Below are positions 36,776 through 45,579 of a stretch of 64,000 nucleotides of DNA, piece by piece; the stretch's first letter is position 1; each line of letters opens with the position of its first letter. The translations under genes were made by a program, and so were the position numbers. The stretch comes from Candidatus Hydrogenedentota bacterium (GTDB taxonomy: Bacteria; Hydrogenedentota; Hydrogenedentia; Hydrogenedentales; CAITNO01): contig JAKOTZ010000017.1 of NCBI GenBank assembly GCA_029776995.1, forward strand, positions 27,341-91,340. Direction: 5' to 3'. The notes beneath the pieces are model-generated. The model had not been told where the DNA came from and ran no database searches. It saw nothing but the letters and a program-made list of their open reading frames with translations.

Positions 36776-38959
36776 TCAGACCCTGGCCACCGCGTCGAAA
36801 CGGCACACCTCAAAACAGCGGCCGCACTTGATGCACTTGTTCTGGTCTATCACATGGGGCTCTTTGCGGGTGCCGCTGATGCACGACACCGGACAGTTCC
36901 GCGCGCACATCGTGCAGCCCACGCATTTGGCCGCGTCTATCTCGTAATGGATCAGCGCCCGGCATTTCCGCGCGGGGCACCGCCGTTCGGTAACGTGCGC
37001 GATGTACTCCTCGCGGTAATACTTCAGCGTGCTCAAAACCGGATTCGGCGCCGCCCGGCCCAGCCCGCACAGCGACGTGTGCTTCACCAGCTGCGCCAGA
37101 CGTTCCAGTTTGTCGATATCCTCGAGCGTTCCTTTCCCCGAGGTAATCCGCTCCAGGATTTCCAGCATCCGTTTGGTGCCTTCGCGGCAGGGGGTGCATT
37201 TCCCGCAGGATTCATCCTGGCAGAAGGCCATGAAGAATTTGGCTACGTCGACCATGCAGTCCGTTTCGTCCAGCACGATCATGCCCCCGCTGCCCATGAT
37301 CGACCCCAGTTTTCCCAGGGTGTCGAAATCGATCGGGGTATCGATCAGATGCGCCGGGATAATGCCGCCCGCCGGGCCGCCGGTCTGCACGCCTTTCAGG
37401 GTGCGCCCGCCCGGCACGCCGCCCCCGATTTTTTCCACCACCTCCCGGATGGTCGTGCCCATGGGCACTTCCACCAGGCCGGTATGGTTCACTTTCCCGG
37501 CAAGCGCGAATACCTTGGTGCCTCCGCTGTTTTCCGTGCCCACCCGCGCGAACCATTCCGCGCCGTACGTCAGGATCGCCGGCACATTCGCGAAGGTTTC
37601 CACGTTGTTGATTACCGTGGGCTTGCCCCACAGCCCGCTCTCCGCCGGAAATGGCGGGCGGATCCGCGGCTGGCCGCGCTTGCCCATGATCGAATGGATC
37701 AGGGCGGTCTCTTCACCGCACACGAACGCGCCCGCGCCCAGCCGGATGTCAATGTCCATGCTGAAACCGGAACCCAGAATGTTTTTCCCCAGCAGTCCCA
37801 GGGCCCGGCACTGATCCAGCGCTTTTTCAATGCGCCGGATCGCCAGCGGATATTCCGCGCGCACGTAAAAATACCCTTCCTTCGCGCCGACCGCGTAGCC
37901 TCCGATCAGCATCCCCTCGATCACGCTGAACGGGTCGGACTCCAGGGTGCTGCGGTCCATGAACGCTCCGGGATCGCCTTCATCCGCGTTGCAGATGATG
38001 TAACACATGTCCCGGACGTTCTTCCGGGTAAGTTCCCATTTCTGTCCGGTGGGGAAGCCGCCGCCGCCCCGCCCCCGGAGCTTGGACGTCTTCACCTGCT
38101 CAATGACCCACTCCGGCTCCCCTTTCATCAGCGCCATCGCCAGCGCCCTGAATCCGTTGTACCGGATATATTCATCAATATTCTCGGGGTCCACTATTCC
38201 GGCGTTGCGCAGGGCAATGCGGTTCTGGCTGCTGAAAAAGGCCACATCGCCATACAGGTCAAAGTAATTCAGGCTGATCGGCAGTTCCGTTACCCGCAGG
38301 TCTTCCACTGCATGCCCGCCGATCAGATGCTCCCGGACTATACGCCGCGCGTCTTCCGGAGTCTTCACGTTGTATGCCGTATGCGACGGCCGCACCAGCA
38401 CGGTGGTGGCCCCTTCAGGGCGGGGAACCGAACAGAAGCCCAGGCATCCCACTTCTGAAATGCGCACCCGGTCCGGTCCCAGTTCCGCCTCTTCGAGGGC
38501 CGCGCGAAAAACCTTGGCTACACTGCCGTTCACGCAGGCGCCGCAATGGCGGCTGTCGCAGACCACGATCTGCCAGTCCGCGTTGAAATCCCCCGCGTTA
38601 TCCAGCACGTGCGCCGCTAGCGGATTTCCGTTCAGCACATGCTCGACGAATATGCGGTGCGCCAGTTCCGCGTCTACCCGCTCATACTTCACCGGCATTT
38701 TCCCCGGAATCAGCACGCCAACGATCGGCTCACAGCTGCACCGTCCCGTACACCCCACCCGGTGCAGCCGGATGTCTGTGCGGCCGCTGGTCCGGATATT
38801 CTTCTCAAATTCCTGCCAGACCTGCTGGGCCCCCGCGGCGTTTTCACAGGTGGCCGACCCCACCTGGATCCGGATCGCCTGGCCGAACTCGCGTTCCTGC
38901 AGCCGCTTCAGGGTATCCTGCAGCAGTTTCTGATATGCTTTTTCGACTTTGGCGGTCAT
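36776..38959 (-). CDS. NuoF/HndC-like flavoprotein subunit (NAD(P)H-binding, FMN, Fe-S) of a bifurcating-type hydrogenase.
   Basis: N-terminal NuoE-like 2Fe-2S domain. NuoF core (GRGGGGFPTGQKW, CNADEGDPGAF, VCGEETALIHS). C-terminal 2x[4Fe-4S] ferredoxin (CVGCTMCARNCP, CIKCGRCFEVC). Confidence 0.9.
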   Translation of the reverse strand: MTAKVEKAYQKLLQDTLKRLQEREFGQAIRIQVGSATCENAAGAQQVWQEFEKNIRTSGRTDIRLHRVGCTGRCSCEPIVGVLIPGKMPVKYERVDAELAHRIFVEHVLNGNPLAAHVLDNAGDFNADWQIVVCDSRHCGACVNGSVAKVFRAALEEAELGPDRVRISEVGCLGFCSVPRPEGATTVLVRPSHTAYNVKTPEDARRIVREHLIGGHAVEDLRVTELPISLNYFDLYGDVAFFSSQNRIALRNAGIVDPENIDEYIRYNGFRALAMALMKGEPEWVIEQVKTSKLRGRGGGGFPTGQKWELTRKNVRDMCYIICNADEGDPGAFMDRSTLESDPFSVIEGMLIGGYAVGAKEGYFYVRAEYPLAIRRIEKALDQCRALGLLGKNILGSGFSMDIDIRLGAGAFVCGEETALIHSIMGKRGQPRIRPPFPAESGLWGKPTVINNVETFANVPAILTYGAEWFARVGTENSGGTKVFALAGKVNHTGLVEVPMGTTIREVVEKIGGGVPGGRTLKGVQTGGPAGGIIPAHLIDTPIDFDTLGKLGSIMGSGGMIVLDETDCMVDVAKFFMAFCQDESCGKCTPCREGTKRMLEILERITSGKGTLEDIDKLERLAQLVKHTSLCGLGRAAPNPVLSTLKYYREEYIAHVTERRCPARKCRALIHYEIDAAKCVGCTMCARNCPVSCISGTRKEPHVIDQNKCIKCGRCFEVCRFDAVARV

Positions 38960-39228
38960 GGGATGCTTCCCTTCTGCGCTAACCGCCGGAGAACCGGCGG
39001 ATACATTTTTTGGGTTCCGTGTGTTATTATGCACCCCATTCCGGCAACTGCTTCAATACAGACTTTTGTTCAGCAGACAAAACAATTACCGTTTTTGAGT
39101 TGGATTATATAAATTTTATTGAATTTTTTATGATTTTTCGGTATAAGGCGTAAAAATTTTTGATATCAGCGCATTTTAAAATAAAGATTTTTTTCTTTAA
39201 CATCAATTACGAGAAGTTTTTCCTTATT
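38960..39228 (-). promoter_or_regulatory. AT-rich upstream/leader region of the hydrogenase operon, which also holds the 3' end of ubiB.
   Basis: About 70% A+T over roughly 270 bp in a 65%-GC genome. Contains the inverted repeat TTTTGT-N7-ACAAAA at 39064-39082. Confidence 0.4.
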
Positions 39229-40920
39229 TTATCGCTCCCCGCCCCACAGCATCGTCAGCACAAGATACAGCCCTAGCACCCCCGCCACAAGGTACCCCAA
39301 TATCCCCACACGAACCAGCGCCGAATCCGTCGTGATCACCAGGCTCGACCCCACGATCAGCGCCGCCGTAATCATCGCTATCGCGTTGCGGCGGCTTGCC
39401 CGCTCTATCGTCCGCCCCAGCGCCTCAAGATGCTCATGATGCACCTGGATCTTTACCCGCCCGCGCCTTAACTGGCGCAACACCTCCGCCAGGTCTTCCG
39501 GAACCTGCCGGCTGAAACGCCACCAGAGGCGGGCCTGCTCCCGCCCCTGCCGCGCCATGCCCGCCGGGCTGAACCGCCGCGTTATCAGCCGCTCAATGTG
39601 AGGACGCAGGATGGGAAGCATGTCCAGTTGCGGATCCAGCGTGCGCCCCACCACCTCTATGGTAGCCAGCGCCTTTAACAGCAGGCTGAACCGCGGCGCC
39701 AATTCCAGCCCATGTCTGCGGATAATCTCCAGCGCCCGTTCCATCCCCCGGGCCACCTGGCCGCCGCTGACAATCGTTTTGGCTTCAAACGCGATGAATT
39801 CCGCCAGTTCGTGGGCAAGCGCCTCCGGATTGCCCGGATCGGCGCCGGTGGAAAGGGCCAGTATGGCCTCCATGCAGGCGCGCGCGTCATTTGTAAAAAT
39901 CGCCCAGAAAAGGTCGGCCAGGCGCTCGGCATCCTGCGCGTCCAGGTAGCCCGCCATCCCCAGGTCCAGAATGGCGATCCGGTTGTCCCGTGCCAGCAAT
40001 ATATTGCCCGGATGCGGGTCCGCGTGAAACAGGTGATGCTCAAACACCATCACGCACAGCGTTTCCGCCCCGAGCTTTGCCACAACCGCCGGGTCCGAAT
40101 TCCTGCTTTCATATTCTTCCACCGCGTCGATCCGCACCCCGTCAATCCATTCCAGCACCAGCACCCGGTCATTGGACAATTCCTCCACCACATCCGGAAT
40201 GATGACCCGGTCGTCATGGCGGAAATTCTCGCCGAACTGCCTGGCCGCCCGCGCCTCAATGGTGAAATCCATTTCCCGGCGTATGCTGCGCGCGAACTCA
40301 TTAACAATCCCGACTGGATCCAGCGCGCGGGTGTCCATACGCTCCGCCAGCCATTCCGCCACGGATTGCAGCAGCAACAGGTCAGATTGGATGGTACGCA
40401 CCGCGTCAGGCCGCTGCACCTTCACCGCTACTACCTTTCCGTCCGAGGTTACCGCGCGGTGGACCTGGCTCAGGGAAGCCGCCGCCACGGCCTGTTCTTC
40501 AAACGTCTTATAGGCTGATGCCAGCGGCGCCCCTGCCGCCGCTTCAACCATCGGGCGGATATGCTCAAACGGCAGCGGCGGAACACGGTCCTGCAACTGC
40601 CCCAGTTCGCCGGCTATCCCGTGGCCGACAAGATCCGGGCGGGTGCTCAGCACCTGGCCGAATTTGATGAACGTGGGGCCCAGTTCCTGAAGCGCCAGCC
40701 GAAGCCGCTCCCCGAACGTCTCCGGCGGACCCGCGGGCTCCTCCAGGAGATTCAGGCCCCGCAGCATCCGCGCCGGGAGGCTCTCATGAAAGCCCAGGCG
40801 CCGAAGCACATCCGCGAAACCATGCCGCGCGAACACCCGCAGAATTTCGGCCATGCGGATGGCATTCACCGTATTCCGCCCGAGGCGGGTATGCGTGATC
40901 ACCGAAGCGCCATACGCCAT
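39229..40920 (-). CDS. ubiB: UbiB/ABC1-family atypical protein kinase.
   Basis: ABC1 motifs: GPTFIKFGQVLSTRPDL, AAASLSQVHRA, ADPHPGNIL. Two C-terminal transmembrane segments. Confidence 0.8.
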   Translation of the reverse strand: MAYGASVITHTRLGRNTVNAIRMAEILRVFARHGFADVLRRLGFHESLPARMLRGLNLLEEPAGPPETFGERLRLALQELGPTFIKFGQVLSTRPDLVGHGIAGELGQLQDRVPPLPFEHIRPMVEAAAGAPLASAYKTFEEQAVAAASLSQVHRAVTSDGKVVAVKVQRPDAVRTIQSDLLLLQSVAEWLAERMDTRALDPVGIVNEFARSIRREMDFTIEARAARQFGENFRHDDRVIIPDVVEELSNDRVLVLEWIDGVRIDAVEEYESRNSDPAVVAKLGAETLCVMVFEHHLFHADPHPGNILLARDNRIAILDLGMAGYLDAQDAERLADLFWAIFTNDARACMEAILALSTGADPGNPEALAHELAEFIAFEAKTIVSGGQVARGMERALEIIRRHGLELAPRFSLLLKALATIEVVGRTLDPQLDMLPILRPHIERLITRRFSPAGMARQGREQARLWWRFSRQVPEDLAEVLRQLRRGRVKIQVHHEHLEALGRTIERASRRNAIAMITAALIVGSSLVITTDSALVRVGILGYLVAGVLGLYLVLTMLWGGER

Positions 40921-41050
40921 GATTCTCTCTCCGGGGATAAGCCCTGTTATTGGCAACGATCCCATCGTTTCTCTTATTATGGAACAAAAGGAAAACCAAA
41001 CGCGTCCCCGTGTCGGACGCGGGAAACCCTTGTACACCGGGATCGGCAGG

Positions 41051-41847
41051 TGAATCCGGAACGACTGCTCGAATTGCTGCAGACGGTAGCCTCCGGGAAA
41101 TTATCTCCCGCGGACGCGCTGGATCGGTTGCGCGTGCTGCCTTTTGAATGTCTGGACGGCGCCACGGTGGACCATCACCGTGAGCTTCGGAAAGGCCACC
41201 CCGAAGCCATCTTCTGCGAAGGAAAAACGCCGGAACAGGTGGCGCAGATTGCCGAACGCCTGGCGCAGCGTTCCGGGGGGCGGGTGCTTGGAACCCGCTG
41301 CGATACCGCCCGCGCGGAAGCGGCTCGACGCGCGCTGGGCGATGAGGGGTTTACCTATCACGCCCTCGCCCGGTGTTTCACCCTGAGCCTTACCCCTCCG
41401 ACCCCGGCGCCCGGCCCGGTTGCCGTGGTGTGCGCGGGAACCAGCGATCTGCCTGTGGCTGAAGAGGCCGCCGTTACCCTCGAATTCCTGGGACATCCGG
41501 TCGACCGCGTCCAGGATGTGGGCGTGGCCGGCCTGCACCGGCTCCTCGACCGCCTGCCCCAGCTGCGCCATGCCCGGGTGGTCATCGTGTGCGCCGGCAT
41601 GGAGGGCGCCCTGCCCAGTGTGGTGGCAGGGCTGGTGGCTGCCCCGGTTATCGGCGTGCCGGTCAGCGTGGGATATGGCGCGGGAACCGGCGGGTTCGCC
41701 GCGCTGCTGGGCATGCTGAATTCCTGCGCCACAGGCCTGACTGTGGTCAATATCGACAACGGTTTCGGCGCTGCTATGGCCGCTTCAGGCATGCTGCGCA
41801 TGGCGGCGGAATACCAGAACCGGCAGAACGAATCGCCTAAAGGTTAA
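41051..41847 (+). CDS. larB: LarB-type PurE-like carboxylase (nickel-pincer nucleotide cofactor biosynthesis).
   Basis: GTG start at 41051. N-terminal LarB extension (LSPADALDRL...EAIFCEGKTPEQV). PurE-like core (VAVVCAGTSDLP...VIVCAGMEGALPSVVAGL...VIGVPVS). The long ORF-track version (from 40561) is an antisense shadow of ubiB. Confidence 0.75.
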
Positions 41848-41852
41848 TTCCC

Positions 41853-43046
41853 ATGGGAAGAACCGCCTGGTTTAACTGTTACAGCGGCATCAGCGGAGAC
41901 ATGACGGTAGGCGCGCTTATCGACGCGGGCGCGCCCTTTGACGCGATCGAGCAGGCCCTGGCATCCCTGGAAGTGCCGGGCTTCCGCGTGCGCGCGGAAA
42001 AAATGACTAGGCGGGGGCTGGGCGGAACGGCTTTTCGGGTGGACGTGGACCCGGACGCCCCGCGCCCCCACCGACACCTTCGCCATATGGTGGAAATCGC
42101 CCAGCGGGGAAACCTCCCGCCCCGTGCCCGGGAGAACGCCCTTGCGGCTTTTCGCCTGATCGCCGAAGCCGAAGCCGAAGTGCACGGCATTCCCGTGGAA
42201 AAGGTTCATTTCCACGAGGTCGGCGCCATAGACTCCATCGTGGACATCATCGCGGCGAACGTGGCGTTGGACCTGCTGGACATCACCCGGGTCGTCGCCT
42301 CGCCGATCGCGGTCGGGTCGGGCACGGTTGCCTGCGACCACGGGATCCTGCCGGTTCCCGCGCCGGCCACCGCCCTGCTTCTGCGGGGCCTGTCCGCCCG
42401 CGTGGGACCGCCGGAATGCGAACTGGCCACCCCCACGGGCGTGGCGTTGCTGCGGGCCTGGCAGGCGGAGTCCGGGGCTCCCGCCTGCTTGACGGCCAGT
42501 GCCGTCGGATACGGATTCGGGTCCCGGGATCTCTCGGACCGGCCCAATGCCCTGCAGGTTATCCTGGGCGAACCCGGTGAAACGCCAGACACGCAGCGGG
42601 ACCGGGTCGCGGTCCTTGAAGCGGTGGTTGACGATCTCTCCGGGGAATGGCTGGGCGAAGCCGCGGGCGCCCTGATGGAAGCGGGCGCCGTGGATGTGTG
42701 GATGGCCCCCGCTATCGGAAAAAAGGGACGTCCCGCCCAGTGTATTACGGTGCTCTGCCCCCCGGAACGGGAGCGGAAGGTCCTGGATGTGCTGTTCCGC
42801 CATACCACCACGCTGGGCGCGCGCTGCCGGCACGAAGAGCGGATCATCCTCCGGCGCGACACGCAGACCCAGGATACGCCATGGGGACCGGTGCGGATTA
42901 AACTGGGATACCTTGACGGCCAGAACGTGACCGTTCACCCTGAATTTGAGGACTGCCTGAAGGCGGGGCGCGCGGCCGGCATTCCGCCCAGGCAGGTGGC
43001 TGAATACGCCGTCACCCGGTGGCGGCAGGAAAAGGGTTTGCCATGA
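41853..43046 (+). CDS. larC: LarC-family (DUF111) nickel insertion protein.
   Basis: N-terminal FNCYSGISGDMTVGALIDAG signature of the LarC/UPF0272 family. Confidence 0.85.
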   Translation: MGRTAWFNCYSGISGDMTVGALIDAGAPFDAIEQALASLEVPGFRVRAEKMTRRGLGGTAFRVDVDPDAPRPHRHLRHMVEIAQRGNLPPRARENALAAFRLIAEAEAEVHGIPVEKVHFHEVGAIDSIVDIIAANVALDLLDITRVVASPIAVGSGTVACDHGILPVPAPATALLLRGLSARVGPPECELATPTGVALLRAWQAESGAPACLTASAVGYGFGSRDLSDRPNALQVILGEPGETPDTQRDRVAVLEAVVDDLSGEWLGEAAGALMEAGAVDVWMAPAIGKKGRPAQCITVLCPPERERKVLDVLFRHTTTLGARCRHEERIILRRDTQTQDTPWGPVRIKLGYLDGQNVTVHPEFEDCLKAGRAAGIPPRQVAEYAVTRWRQEKGLP

Positions 43047-43534
43047 ATCCCCCCCGAAAAGCGGTATACCCGGGCAGTTTTGATCCGCCCACCTTGGGAC
43101 ATCTCGACCTGATCTGGCGGGCGGCCCGCATTTTCGACGAAGTCATTGTGGCTGTCGCGAAAAACGAAAGCAAACAATCCCTGTTCACGGTAGACGAACG
43201 CATGGAGATGCTCCGTGAAATCACTGCCGATCTGCCTAACGTGGTGGTGGACCATTTTCAGGGGCTCACGGTGCACTTCGCCCGCAGCCGGGGAGCCTTC
43301 GCGCTCATCCGGGGGCTGCGCGTTATTTCCGATTTCGAATTCGAGCTCTCCATGGCCATTAACAACCAGAAGCTGGCCCCGGACATCGAAACCGTCTGCC
43401 TCATGCCCAGTGATCCCTACCTGTTCCTGAGCTCGCGGCAGGTCAAGGAAATCGTCTCTTTTGGCGGATCGGTCTCCCACTACGTCACGCCGGATATCGA
43501 GCGCCGCCTCCACGAAAAACTGCTGGGAGCCTGA
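43043..43534 (+). CDS. coaD: Phosphopantetheine adenylyltransferase.
   Basis: The ATG overlaps the larC TGA (ATGA). AVYPGSFDPPTLGHLDLI nucleotidyltransferase motif. Confidence 0.9.
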   Translation: MNPPRKAVYPGSFDPPTLGHLDLIWRAARIFDEVIVAVAKNESKQSLFTVDERMEMLREITADLPNVVVDHFQGLTVHFARSRGAFALIRGLRVISDFEFELSMAINNQKLAPDIETVCLMPSDPYLFLSSRQVKEIVSFGGSVSHYVTPDIERRLHEKLLGA

Positions 43535-43545
43535 ATGCGACCCCC

Positions 43546-45507
43546 ATGGCTGGACGAGCCCGAAAACCCCCAAAAACGCCCCGCCCCCAGAGCAGAAATG
43601 TCGGGACACCCAAAGATCCCCGGGCTCGTGTGGTATGGCTGCTGGCGCTGGGGGCGGCGCTGTTTGCCCTGGCGGTGTTTCTGCCCACGCTGGGATTTTC
43701 TTTCCTGATTGTTGACGACGATCAGATTGTCACCAAAAACGAAGGCGTCCGCGCGGGGCTTTCCCTGGCGGGCATTCGCTACGCTTTCAGTGACTTCAAC
43801 TTTCATATCTGGATGCCCCTGACCACGCTGACCCACCAGCTGGACTGGAGCCTGTTTCAGGACGTGCCGTCGGGACACCATTTCCACAGCGCGGCATGGC
43901 ACGCGGCTACGGTCGCGCTGCTCTTTCTGGTGTTGCGGGAGCTGACCGGCCGCATCCCGGAAAGCCTTCTGGCCGCGGCCCTGTTTGCCTGCCACCCCAC
44001 CCGCGCGGGAGCGGTCGCCTGGGTGGCTTCCCGAAAAGAACTGGTCTGCGGGTTCTTCTTTCTGCTGAGCGTATGGGGATACCTGCGGTGGACAAAGCGC
44101 CCTTCCGCCGGCAACTGGTTCTGGTTTACCGCGGCCGGCGCTGCCGCCATGATGGGCAAGCCCATGGCGGTAACCCTGCCGGCCGCCCTGCTGCTGCTGG
44201 ACTGGCTGGCGTTCAACCGCGCGGCGGACTGGCGGCGCTGGCCGGGACTGGTTCTGGAGAAACTCCCACTGATCGCCATGGCCGCAGCGGTTTCGGTCGT
44301 GGCATGGTATGGGCAGCAGTCGGAAGGCCGGCAGTGGTACCCGGTTCCGCCCTTTGATTTCCGGGCGCAGAACGCCCTGTACAGCATCGCCCGCTACCTG
44401 TATCACACCGTCTGGCCCGTCGGCCTGGTATACCACTATCCGGAACTGCGGCTGACCCTAACCCCATGGCATGCCGCAATCGGCGTTGCGGTGACCGGTG
44501 CAATTACCCTGCCCCTGGCCTGGTGGGCGTTCCGGGGCAAAGGCCGCATGATCCTTGCGGGATGGTTGTGGTTCCTGCTAAACCTGACGCCGGTGCTGGG
44601 GTTCATCGGTTTTGCCAATGCCGCCATGGCGGACCGATACCTGTACATTCCCCACATGGGGCTGCTGGCCGCCATGGCATGCCTCATGGCCCGCGCCTTC
44701 CGGATACCCGAAACGGATTGTACGGTCCCGGCCGACGCGCCGCTGACACGCCAGATACAGGCCGTGCTCTGGCCGGAAAACCCGCGCGTAAAATGGTTCG
44801 TGCTGGCGGGAGCCGCCATGGTTATGTTGACCGCGGCGATTGGTGTCGCGGAGACCCTTCCCTGGCGGGATGATGAACAGCTCAACCTGCGGGCGATCGC
44901 GGTCACCCCGGGTGGAAACGCCATGGCCGAGGTTAACCTGGCGCAAATCCGCGTGGCCCAGGGACGCTATGATGAGGCCATCCGGCTGCTGGAAGCCGCC
45001 GTGGAAAGGGAACCTTTTAACCCCTTCTGGCGGTATAACCTCGCCTGGGGACTTTACGAGGCCGGCCGCTATCGCCAGGCGCTCGAGTATATCGACACCC
45101 GCATGGCTGATATGGCGGAAACCCACTTCGTGCTGCAGTTGCGGTCCAATGTCTGCTTTAAACTGGGAGACCGGCAGTGTGAGGTGGAGTCCCTGGAAAA
45201 ACTGGCGGCATTCAAACCGAATGACGCCGCCAACTGGACCCGGATTGCCCAGCTTAAGAGCGCTCTGGGGGACCATAAAGGCGCGCTGGACGCCCTGAAA
45301 AAAGCGGCGGAGATCCGCGCCGCCAAAGATCCAAGGCTGCGGGATGCCGCCGAGGCCCTGGAAAAAGCGCGCGCGCTGATCGATCCGGACGCCACGCCGG
45401 AACCTGAAGGGAATACCCCCAACGCTGACGCCTGGGCAGAGCGGGAATCCCGGCGACTGGGGTTATCCCCGTCCCCGCCGGAAACTTCCGCGCCCATCAC
45501 GCCATGA
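43546..45507 (+). CDS. Polytopic membrane protein with a C-terminal TPR domain (TMTC/PMT_2-like predicted glycosyltransferase).
   Basis: About 11 transmembrane segments, then TPR-like repeats (AEVNLAQIRVAQGRYDEAIRLLEAAVE...). Confidence 0.65.
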   Translation: MAGRARKPPKTPRPQSRNVGTPKDPRARVVWLLALGAALFALAVFLPTLGFSFLIVDDDQIVTKNEGVRAGLSLAGIRYAFSDFNFHIWMPLTTLTHQLDWSLFQDVPSGHHFHSAAWHAATVALLFLVLRELTGRIPESLLAAALFACHPTRAGAVAWVASRKELVCGFFFLLSVWGYLRWTKRPSAGNWFWFTAAGAAAMMGKPMAVTLPAALLLLDWLAFNRAADWRRWPGLVLEKLPLIAMAAAVSVVAWYGQQSEGRQWYPVPPFDFRAQNALYSIARYLYHTVWPVGLVYHYPELRLTLTPWHAAIGVAVTGAITLPLAWWAFRGKGRMILAGWLWFLLNLTPVLGFIGFANAAMADRYLYIPHMGLLAAMACLMARAFRIPETDCTVPADAPLTRQIQAVLWPENPRVKWFVLAGAAMVMLTAAIGVAETLPWRDDEQLNLRAIAVTPGGNAMAEVNLAQIRVAQGRYDEAIRLLEAAVEREPFNPFWRYNLAWGLYEAGRYRQALEYIDTRMADMAETHFVLQLRSNVCFKLGDRQCEVESLEKLAAFKPNDAANWTRIAQLKSALGDHKGALDALKKAAEIRAAKDPRLRDAAEALEKARALIDPDATPEPEGNTPNADAWAERESRRLGLSPSPPETSAPITP

Positions 45508-45518
45508 CAAAAACCAAA

Positions 45519-45551
45519 CGCCGCTTCCCAAAGCGGGAAGCGGCGAAAAAA
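45519..45551 (-). terminator. Rho-independent terminator for the minus-strand transketolase gene.
   Basis: cgccgcttccc-aaagc-gggaagcggcg: an 11-bp perfect stem. On the minus strand it is followed by TTTGGTTTTTG. Confidence 0.6.
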
Positions 45552-45579
45552 CAAACCGGTTTGCCTGTTTCCCAGGGAC

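Noticed and set aside
36753-36806. An upstream ATG (MPFRRGGQGLSPPEKDRH...) as the hydA start.
   Set aside because: It would overlap the upstream flavoprotein gene by 31 nt, and it encodes a non-conserved basic peptide. The ATG at 36752 (MSKKELVNVTIDG) leaves a typical 23-nt intercistronic gap.
40561-41050. A long N-terminal extension of the larB ORF that reaches back into ubiB.
   Set aside because: The extension is antisense to the conserved ubiB N-terminus and has no LarB-like sequence. LarB homology begins at the GTG at 41051, which gives a normal ~265-aa protein.
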